DNA from: Alphaproteobacteria bacterium
GTDB taxonomy: Bacteria > Pseudomonadota > Alphaproteobacteria > UBA6615
Assembly: GCA_965261975.1 (NCBI GenBank)
Contig: CBDHEC010000051.1
Span: forward strand, 1-64,000
Reading direction: 5' to 3'
Length of the DNA stretch: 64,000 bases
The notes beneath the pieces are model-generated. The model saw only the letters and a list, made by a program, of their open reading frames with translations, did no database searches and was not told the DNA's origin. This document shows positions 31,476 through 39,128 of the stretch, piece by piece. The position numbers and the translations under genes are program-made. Each line of letters starts with the position of its first letter. Position 1 is the first letter of the stretch.

Positions 31476-32410
31476 CGTAGCTCCACGGCGTAGCTGTCGA
31501 CCGGCGGGATGGTCTCGATGAGCCCACGTCCCTTAAGAAACTCCGCGAAGCGATCATACCGGCCCCTATCCAGGGCTGCCGGCCGCAAGGCGAAGCGGGG
31601 CAGGGTGTCGCGCCAGGCGCGGCGGTTCAGCTCGTCATCCAGATCCTTGCGACCCTTGATGAACAGCTCCCAGGCCTCGTTCGGCCGGTTGATCATGAAC
31701 TGGGTGGCCGCTTCGATGGCGTCCAGGAACGCGGCGAATTGTGGCTCGGTCAGACGGTCATTCTTGGCGACGATGATCAGCTCGTCGTAGGCGGGCACGC
31801 CTTCTTCCTCGAGGAAAAACGCCCGGCCAGGCCGGCCGACGATGTCCATCTGGTTGAGTTCGAAGTTCCTGTAGGCGCCAATGACGGCGTCGACCTGGCC
31901 GCTCATCAGGGACGGTGACAGGGAGAAGTTGACGTTCACGAGCTCCACGTCGTCGAGTGCAAGGCCGTGTTTGGCCAGCATCGCGCCGAGCAGCGCGTCT
32001 TCGAAACCGCCCACGGAAAACCCGACTTTCCGGCCTTTCAGGTCGGCGATCGAGGTGATCGGGCCGTCTGCGAGGACCACCAGCGAGGCCAATGGCGTGG
32101 CGACCAGCGTACCGATCCGCGTGAGCGGCAGGCCCTGGGCGACCTGCAGGTGGAGCTGGGGCTGATAGGAGATGGCAAGGTCCGCGCGGCCCGCTGCGAC
32201 CAGCTTGGGCGGATCATTGGGGTCAGCCGGGGCGATCAGTTCGACCTCCAGCCCGCGTTTCTCGAACTCACCTCGCTCGAGCGCGACAAACAACGGCCCG
32301 TGGTCCGGGTTGATGAACCAGTCGAGCATGACCGTGATCTTGTCGTCCGCGATCGCCGAACCGGCACTGAGAAATAGGATGAGGAAGACTGATAAAACGA
32401 ATTTTTTCAC
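31472..32410 (-). CDS. thiY: HMP/thiamine-precursor ABC substrate-binding protein (NMT1/THI5-like)
   Basis: Signal peptide from GTG 32410; LDWFINPDH, ISYQPQL, GAYRNFE; under a TPP riboswitch. Confidence 0.88.
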   Translation of the reverse strand: MKKFVLSVFLILFLSAGSAIADDKITVMLDWFINPDHGPLFVALERGEFEKRGLEVELIAPADPNDPPKLVAAGRADLAISYQPQLHLQVAQGLPLTRIGTLVATPLASLVVLADGPITSIADLKGRKVGFSVGGFEDALLGAMLAKHGLALDDVELVNVNFSLSPSLMSGQVDAVIGAYRNFELNQMDIVGRPGRAFFLEEEGVPAYDELIIVAKNDRLTEPQFAAFLDAIEAATQFMINRPNEAWELFIKGRKDLDDELNRRAWRDTLPRFALRPAALDRGRYDRFAEFLKGRGLIETIPPVDSYAVELR

Positions 32411-32427
32411 GTTATTAGGTCCTGGTT

Positions 32428-33192
32428 CTAAGGTTGCTTCGAGGCGGCAGGGTCGATGTCTGTCTGCCAGGAGACGAGCCGTCTCAGGCCCGCGTCGATG
32501 AGGAAGTAGATCGCCACCGCGAGCAGCGCGAGGACGAAGAGGGCGGCAAACATCGCATCCGTCTGAACCCGGCCGTTCATCAACAGCATGTAGTAGCCGA
32601 GCCCGGCCGAGGCGCCGACCCATTCGCCGACGACCGCGCCGATGGGGGCCACCGCGGCGGCCACACGCAAGCCCGAGGCAAAGGCCGGCATCGCGGCGGG
32701 AATCCTTATTTGCCGCAAGATCGCGGCTTTGGACGCCCCCATGGTCCGGGCCAGATCGACCCATCCAGGTTCGGTGCGCCGTAATCCGTCGTAAAAGGCG
32801 GCGGTGACCGGGAAATAGATGATCAGGGTGGCCATCGCGACCTTGGGAAAGAGCCCATAGCCGAACCACAGCACCAGAACCGGCGCGAGCGCGAACACCG
32901 GCACCGCCTGGGACACGACAAGCACAGGAAGCACCCACGCTCGCGCGCTTCTGAAATAGGCCATGATCAAGGCGCTGATTGATCCCAGCAAAGTACCGAA
33001 AACCAGTCCGAGTACGATCTCGATCAGGGTCACCAGCGCATGGCCGGCGATCGTATCGGCGCGCGCAATGGCGACGTCGATGACTGCGAGCGGGCCGGGC
33101 AAAATAAACGGTGCAATGGCCAATCCGCTGACCAGGGCCTGCCAGGCCGCCAGGATGCCTGCGAATACGATGACCGGACGGAGAATTCTCAC
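32428..33192 (-). CDS. thiX: ABC permease, thiamine-precursor uptake
   Basis: LPGP, SQAVPVFALAP, EAA-like loop, AVVGEWVGASAGLG. Confidence 0.88.
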   Translation of the reverse strand: MRILRPVIVFAGILAAWQALVSGLAIAPFILPGPLAVIDVAIARADTIAGHALVTLIEIVLGLVFGTLLGSISALIMAYFRSARAWVLPVLVVSQAVPVFALAPVLVLWFGYGLFPKVAMATLIIYFPVTAAFYDGLRRTEPGWVDLARTMGASKAAILRQIRIPAAMPAFASGLRVAAAVAPIGAVVGEWVGASAGLGYYMLLMNGRVQTDAMFAALFVLALLAVAIYFLIDAGLRRLVSWQTDIDPAASKQP

Positions 33193-33980
33193 ACCGGGAC
33201 TCCTGCAGGTTCTGCGGGGCCACCGGTGAGCCGTTGCATGATCAATTGGTGCGATTGCCGAAGTGTCGGATCTGTCGGATCCCGAGGTGTTGGGCCGGGC
33301 GGCACGATCGGGGCGGTGGTGTGATCGGCACCGTTGCTCATCACGTGAATGCTGTCGGCAAGTCGCAGCGCTTCGAATGGGTCATGGGTCACCATCAAAA
33401 CCGTGCGGTTGGCGAGGAGTTCCACGGCCAGATCCTGAAGGCGCGTGCGCGTGATCGCATCCAGCGCCGAGAAGGGTTCGTCCATGAGCACGATGGGCCG
33501 TTCCTCCATCAAGGTGCGCGCCAGTGCAACGCGTTGGCGTTCGCCGCCGGAAAGTTCTGCTGGCAAGGCGTTCGCCCGTTCGGCGACCCCGGCACGTGCG
33601 AGAATGTCGAGCGCCCGGCTTGCATCCGCGGGCTCACCGCGCAGACGTGCGCCCAGTGCGACGTTGTCGAGGGCGCTGAGCCACGGCAGGAGCAGGTCCT
33701 GCTGCGCCATATACGCAACCCGCGCATGGAGCGCCGTGCCGTCATGGGCAAGTATTTGGGTCGGCGCAACAGGGTCGATGAGGCCGGCGATGGTCCGCAG
33801 CAGGGTCGACTTTCCGACGCCGCTTTCGCCCAGCAAGCAGGTCCAGGAACCCGCCGGTGCGCTGAAGGAAAAGTCGTCCAGCAACACGCTCGCCCCCCAG
33901 GCGAGCCTCGCGTTGCTCACGTCGAGGCCAAGCATCTGTGTTGCTGGAAGAATACTTGGATCGGCGTCGGTCAAATCCAC
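33189..33980 (-). CDS. thiZ: ABC ATP-binding protein, thiamine-precursor uptake
   Basis: GESGVGKST, LSGGERQR, MDEPFSALD; start is GTG 33980, TTG 33974 or ATG 33935. Confidence 0.88.
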   Translation of the reverse strand: MDLTDADPSILPATQMLGLDVSNARLAWGASVLLDDFSFSAPAGSWTCLLGESGVGKSTLLRTIAGLIDPVAPTQILAHDGTALHARVAYMAQQDLLLPWLSALDNVALGARLRGEPADASRALDILARAGVAERANALPAELSGGERQRVALARTLMEERPIVLMDEPFSALDAITRTRLQDLAVELLANRTVLMVTHDPFEALRLADSIHVMSNGADHTTAPIVPPGPTPRDPTDPTLRQSHQLIMQRLTGGPAEPAGVPV

Positions 33981-34067
33981 GTCCCTCCGCCGGTGTTAAC
34001 CGGATCAGGTTCCAAGGGTCGTCCCGCACAATGCGAGACCTCTCAGCCGCAATGGCTCCCCATGTGG
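33977..34067 (-). ncRNA. TPP riboswitch (THI element)
   Basis: Minus strand reads GGGGAGC...GCTGAGAG...GACCCTTGGAACCTGATCCGGTTAACACCGGCGGAGGGA, the canonical aptamer core, directly upstream of thiZXY. Confidence 0.95.
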
Positions 34068-34149
34068 TGACGTTCAATATGATGTGTTGCGATGCGAAAC
34101 GTCAACGCCTTCGATTGCCAATTGTGGCCCGTCACGGTAGGGAAAACAG

Positions 34150-35316
34150 ATGAGCCAACCCGCGCGCGCCAGTTCCCCGGAACCCTTTCGCAAGCTTGCG
34201 CGGCCGCTGTTCATCGGCAACGAGATTTACCGGCGGTCCAATTTCGGCCCCAAGCACCCGCTTTCCGTGCCCCGCGTACCTGCGACTATCGATCTATGCC
34301 GGGCGATGGGATGGCTGCCGGAGAATGCCTACATCGAGAGCGCAGCGGCGAGTCCGGCCGAGATCGTGCGGTTTCATGACCCCGATTATCTGCATGCCTT
34401 GCGCCGGGGCGAGCGTTCGCTCGAGCTGTCGGCAGAGGATCGTGAGCGGTACAATCTGGGGCGTCTCGAAAACCCGATCCACGACACCATGTACAGCCGT
34501 CCGGCGACCTCCGCCGGTGCGGTGCTCGCAGGTGTGGAACTGCTCGGTTCCGTCGATGCCGGCGTCGTGTACAGCCCGGCCGGCGGGACCCACCATGGTC
34601 GCCCGGGCCGGGCGAGTGGATTCTGCTATTTCAATGACCTGGCCCTTGGCTTGCTTCGCCTGAAGGACCTCGGATTCAAGCGTATTCTCTATCTGGATTT
34701 CGACGCGCACCATGGCGATGGGGTTCAGGATGCATTTGCCGGCGATGCGGGCGTGTTTACGCTCTCCATTCACGAGGAGCGCCGCTGGCCTTTCACGGGC
34801 GGCCTCGATGACCATGAAGGGGGGACCGCCTGCAATATCCCCGTGCCGCGCGGACTGCGCGATTCAGAGTTTGAGTTGATCATCGAGGAGCTCGTGGTGC
34901 CGATCGGGGAGAAATACGGTGCCGAGGTGTTGGTCTTACAATGTGGCGCGGATGCGTTGGCGGATGACCCGTTAAGCCGTATGGAACTAAGCAATGGCGC
35001 CATATGGCGGGCCGTTACCCGGGTTGTGGGTCTGGCGCCGCGAATGCTCGTCACGGGGGGCGGGGGGTATAATCCGTGGAGTGTCGCGCGTTGCTGGTCC
35101 GGCGTATGGGCAACGCTGAATGGGCACTCCATTCCTGGCGAGCTGCCGGGCACGGCGCGATCGGTTTTGGAGAGCCTCGAATGGAACCGGGCGGGTGGTC
35201 AAAACCCGCCGGCACATTGGTTTGACAGCATCGCGGATATGCCCGGAGCAGGTGCTGTTCGCGCACCCGTTCGAGAGCTCGTGGCGCGAGCCCATCGTGC
35301 GTATGTAAATAATTAG
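34150..35316 (+). CDS. acuC: AcuC / histone-deacetylase-family Zn-dependent deacetylase
   Basis: KHP, GGTHH, SGFCYFND, DFDAHHGDG, GADALADDPL, GGGGYN. Confidence 0.9.
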   Translation: MSQPARASSPEPFRKLARPLFIGNEIYRRSNFGPKHPLSVPRVPATIDLCRAMGWLPENAYIESAAASPAEIVRFHDPDYLHALRRGERSLELSAEDRERYNLGRLENPIHDTMYSRPATSAGAVLAGVELLGSVDAGVVYSPAGGTHHGRPGRASGFCYFNDLALGLLRLKDLGFKRILYLDFDAHHGDGVQDAFAGDAGVFTLSIHEERRWPFTGGLDDHEGGTACNIPVPRGLRDSEFELIIEELVVPIGEKYGAEVLVLQCGADALADDPLSRMELSNGAIWRAVTRVVGLAPRMLVTGGGGYNPWSVARCWSGVWATLNGHSIPGELPGTARSVLESLEWNRAGGQNPPAHWFDSIADMPGAGAVRAPVRELVARAHRAYVNN

Positions 35317-35369
35317 AAAAGAGCAATAGGTAATTGAAAAATATATATAAAATAATCTATCCTCATGTA

Positions 35370-35816
35370 ATGCTTGCATTGATTCTGGGCTCCCTCGCGG
35401 TCGGGTTGGCGCATGCGCAGGACGATGTTGTCTTCGAGCAATCTACCCTGAAAATCGAGACGTCAGACGGCGTGCACAGCTTTGATATCGAGGTCGCCGC
35501 GAACGACGCGCAGCGCGCCCGCGGCTTGATGTTTCGCAACGAGATGGCGCCGGATGCCGGCATGCTTTTTCTGTATCGCCGCGACCGTATCCTGACCATG
35601 TGGATGGCCAACACCTATCTGCCGTTGGACATGCTGTTTATCGGAGGCGATGGACGCATCGTGAGTATTGCCCGGAACACGATCCCGCTGTCCCGGACGA
35701 CGATTTCATCGCGAAAACGCGCGCGTGCCGTCCTCGAGCTCAATGCCGGGACCGCGCGCAGGCTCGGTATCAACGCCGGCGACAGGGTTGTTTACGACGG
35801 CTTGCCAGGCCAATAG
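35370..35816 (+). CDS. DUF192 family exported protein
   Basis: RARGLMFR, GMLF, MWMANTYLPLDMLFI, VLELNAG; signal peptide (TTG 35334 is an alternative start). Confidence 0.88.
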   Translation: MLALILGSLAVGLAHAQDDVVFEQSTLKIETSDGVHSFDIEVAANDAQRARGLMFRNEMAPDAGMLFLYRRDRILTMWMANTYLPLDMLFIGGDGRIVSIARNTIPLSRTTISSRKRARAVLELNAGTARRLGINAGDRVVYDGLPGQ

Positions 35817-35829
35817 CCCCGGAATTCCG

Positions 35830-36144
35830 CTAGGTTTTCGACCCGGTCTTGATCGGCAACAGTGGTTCCCAATGCTCGCCTGAGGCGACGATACACGCCA
35901 TGCCGTCGGGCATTGTGATGATGATCGACCAGGTCGATCCCGCGGGTTCGCTCAACACTTCAATCACACCACCATTGCTGGCAAGCCCGATGGCGACCGG
36001 CGCCTCGCTGTATTTCTTTGCCAGATGGGTGAGGGTACTCGTGCGATCTGTACACGAGTGATTGGGCTGGGCTGCTTCTGCAATGTTGCTTCCTGCAACG
36101 ACCGACAGGACCAGCCCAGCAAACAGGCTCTGTGTCCTAAACAT
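35830..36144 (-). CDS. Small secreted hypothetical protein with two Cys
   Basis: Signal peptide; C..R...L..L.KKYSE.P...GL...TWSIIIT.PDG.AC..ASGE.W, a pattern I recall from alphaproteobacterial hypotheticals; RBS AAGGAG. Confidence 0.8.
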   Translation of the reverse strand: MFRTQSLFAGLVLSVVAGSNIAEAAQPNHSCTDRTSTLTHLAKKYSEAPVAIGLASNGGVIEVLSEPAGSTWSIIITMPDGMACIVASGEHWEPLLPIKTGSKT

Positions 36145-36227
36145 GTCAGTCTCCTTACGGTCAGGAATGCCGGAAAACCCGACATTGCAATATCGAGGTT
36201 AGGAGAGCACGGTTAAAACTTGCTGAA

Positions 36228-36243
36228 TTAACAAATATTTAAC
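36228..36243. promoter_or_regulatory. Putative CtrA binding site
   Basis: TTAA-CAAATAT-TTAAC is a full TTAA-N7-TTAAC consensus, about 85 bp upstream of the 36144 start; extra GGTTAA half site at 36211-36216. Confidence 0.65.
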
Positions 36244-36254
36244 TCGCCAGGCGG

Positions 36255-36585
36255 TCAGCGCGTCCGCGTCGGCGCATCCCGTGTATCCGACGTGGTCACG
36301 ACGATTGCGATGATCAGGAGAGCGAGCCCCAGGGCAATTCGCAAAGTCACCGGCTCCGACAGGATCCACCCGCCCAGCAGAAGGGCGGTAACCGGGTTCA
36401 GCCCGACGGTGATCGTGGCCTGGGTCGGCGTGATCAACTGCAACGCGTGGCCCCACATGAACGTCATCAGGGCCGCACCCGGGATGGCGAGCAGGAACAT
36501 CACGAACCAGCCTGTGAGATTGAAGTCCAGGGAGCCCGATAATGGCTGGCCGAATACCATGGCCAGGGCGACGAGCAGGAAACAC
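36255..36585 (-). pseudogene. 3' remnant of an EamA/DMT transporter
   Basis: Reads FLLVALAMVFG...MWGHALQLITPTQATITVGLNPVTALLLGGWILSEPVT; upstream sequence is the antisense of an ABC ATPase, not DMT. Confidence 0.75.
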
Positions 36586-36974
36586 AGATCGGCGAGGCGG
36601 GGGGCATCCTTTCCGGCGGTCAACGCCAGCGTATCGCCCTGGCGCGCGCGTTGTTCGGTGCGCCGACATTGCTGGTGCTCGATGAGCCCAATGCCAGCCT
36701 GGATCGGGTGGGCGAGCAGGCGCTCCTGGATACGATCGACGAGATGCGCCGCCGCGGCGTGACGATCGTGGTGATCGCACATCGTCCCAGCATGCTCGAG
36801 CATGTCGACAAGATCCTTGTTTTGCGTGATGGCAAGACCGAACTCTATGGCTCGCGCGACGAGGTGATGGCCAAGCTCATGGGGCGGCCGGAACCGGCGA
36901 CGGTCACACCGGATCAAGTCGCAGCACAGACGCAGGCAATCAGTGGTGAGCCGTCTCCGATGGGCGAGTCATGA
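36579..36974 (+). pseudogene. 3' remnant of a type I secretion ABC ATPase (PrtD/AprD-like)
   Basis: ETQIGEAGGILSGGQRQRIALARALFGAPTLLVLDEPNASLD...IAHRPS; no Walker A or TM domain; in-frame TAA at 36540; stop overlaps the hlyD-type start. Confidence 0.85.
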
Positions 36975-38379
36975 GTGATGCACCACAGAGGTCCGAGCCG
37001 GGCATGCAGGTCGCACCGCAGCAGGGCGCCCAGGCGCTGGCACAGCCCGATCTGACGGGAGGCGGCGGAATGCCGCCACCGCCCACAGGCGGTGGCGACA
37101 AGCTCGGGACCCGCAAACCGATCCTGATCGGCTCGATTATCATCGCAATATTCTTCGGCTTTTTCGGGGTTTGGGCGTTTTTTGCACCCCTCGACAGTGC
37201 GGCCATCGCGATCGGTACGGTGGGTGTCGAAGGCAATCGCCGGACGATCCAGCACCTTGAAGGCGGAATCGTGAATGAGATTCTGGTGCGCGACGGTGAC
37301 AAGGTGAAAGCTGGCCAGGTGTTGATCCGTCTCGAGGAGACCCAGCCGCGGGCCCAGTTGCAGTTGATCACCGGCCAGCGCAACGCGGCACTTGCCCTCG
37401 CAGCCCGGCTACGCGCGGAGCGCGCGGCGCAGAGACCATCACGTTTCCCGAGGCGCTGACCTCTCAGGGGGATGACGTCGGGGTCCGGGAGACGATGCTG
37501 GGCCAACTAAGCATCTTCCAGGCGCGACGCGACGCAATCGAGGGACAACGGAAAATACTGGGGCAACGTGTCGGCCAGTTCCGTGAGGAAATCGAGGGTC
37601 TGCGCGCTCAGATTCGTTCGGCCGATGAGCAACTCGTTCTCATCAATGGTGAAGTTGCCGACCTGCAGATCCTTTTCGACAAGGGACTAACGCCGAAATC
37701 CCGGTTGTTGTCGCTGCAGCGCCGCGCCGCGGAAATCGAGGGTGAACGCGGTCAGAACCGTGCCGCCATCGCGCGGGCCCGTCAGAGTATCGGCGAATCC
37801 GAAATTCGCATCGTCGAATTGCGGACCGAGCAGGTAAACGAAGTCGTCGCCGAGTTGCGTGAGGTCGAGAGCCAGCTGCTTGATCTGGCCGAGCGCTTCC
37901 GTGCTGCTGACGATGTGCTGGAGCGGGTCGAGATCGTCAGTCCGATCGACGGCTTTGCCGAGGATTTACAGGTATTTACCAGCGGTGGCGTCATCCGGCC
38001 GGGCGATCGCCTGCTCGATGTGGTGCCCGACAGCGAGAAGCTCGTAATCGAGGCTCGAGTGACCCCGACGGATATCGACATTGTGCACGCCGGGCTCGAA
38101 GCCCAGGTGCGGCTGTCGGCGTTTAACCAGCGCATCACCCCGACGGTGGAGGGCACTGTCACATGGGTGTCGGCGGACCGCCTGACGGATGCGAGCACGG
38201 GCGAGGAGTATTACACCGCCCGGGTGGACCTGAATGAGCAGAATGACCCGCGCCTGAACGGGTTGACCTTGCAGCCGGGCATGCCGGCCGAGGTGTTGAT
38301 CCGTACGGGCGAGCGCACGCTCATCCAGTATCTGGTGAGCCCGGTCGAGCAGTCGATCTCAAGGTCATTGAGGGAATAA
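36971..38379 (+). CDS. HlyD/PrtE-family type I secretion membrane fusion protein (frameshift near 37426)
   Basis: WAFFAPLDSAAIA, IQHLEGGIV, SPIDG, GGVIRPG, LQPGMPAEV, GERT. Confidence 0.88.
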
Positions 38380-38383
38380 GTCG

Positions 38384-39115
38384 TTGATGAAGTTACGATG
38401 GACAGCAGTGCTGTTTCTGGCGGTTGCACTCAGTGGCTGTGTCACGCCGAAAACAATACTGAAAGACAACGCATCACCAGTAGATGCGAGTGCTTTTCCG
38501 GCGAATGGGAAGAGCATTGTGATTTTGGGGTCAGGCTATGTGGGACTTAAACCAGCATACAATTTGTATGAGGTGCGCAAGCCGGGGATTATCGGCGTCC
38601 CTGCTGTCTGGGCAAGGATTGAACGGAGCGAGGACGTAAAAGCGCGGGGGGCTGAAAGGGTCGAATATTTTTTGAGCAACTCAGGCGAACCCCGCGCTTA
38701 CATGATCGAGCCTGGCCGCTACATGCTCGATATCTACGCGGCGATAGATGACTTTGGAGCCTACCAGGGACTGGGCACTGGACTTTCGCCAGCAGATAAA
38801 GATGGTTCGATTGCTCCGGTGATCGAAGTCACGGCGGGGGAAGTAATCTATGCAGGGCGGCAGCTATTCTCTTTTCACGCGGACAAAGTCGACTACGAGA
38901 TATCGGACCGGTCCGGAGAACTGCCTTTCTACCTTGAAAACATGCCGGAATTGAAAGGCTTAGAGGGTCGCATCGAGACCCGGCTCATGAAATTTGAAAC
39001 CGTTCCGGAAGAAATGGTTCGGAAGGGTGAGAAAGACTATGAAGGCCGAATCTTAGCCGGCGGCTTGTTTATCGCGGTTTGGACGCAGAGTGCGAAACCA
39101 CTTCCGGTTAAGTGA
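38384..39115 (+). CDS. Hypothetical lipoprotein
   Basis: Lipobox LSG-C after a signal peptide; IEPGRY and GEVIYAG beta motifs; visibly lower GC than its neighbours. Confidence 0.75.
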   Translation: MMKLRWTAVLFLAVALSGCVTPKTILKDNASPVDASAFPANGKSIVILGSGYVGLKPAYNLYEVRKPGIIGVPAVWARIERSEDVKARGAERVEYFLSNSGEPRAYMIEPGRYMLDIYAAIDDFGAYQGLGTGLSPADKDGSIAPVIEVTAGEVIYAGRQLFSFHADKVDYEISDRSGELPFYLENMPELKGLEGRIETRLMKFETVPEEMVRKGEKDYEGRILAGGLFIAVWTQSAKPLPVK

Positions 39116-39128
39116 GACTTAGACTCGA

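Noticed and set aside
31472-33223. 583-aa ORF suggesting a permease/binding-protein fusion
   Set aside because: The upstream part is an alternate frame of thiX; the signal peptide starts at GTG 32410
36255-36917. 220-aa intact DMT transporter
   Set aside because: Its N-terminal half is the antisense of the T1SS ATPase remnant, so the ORF is chimeric
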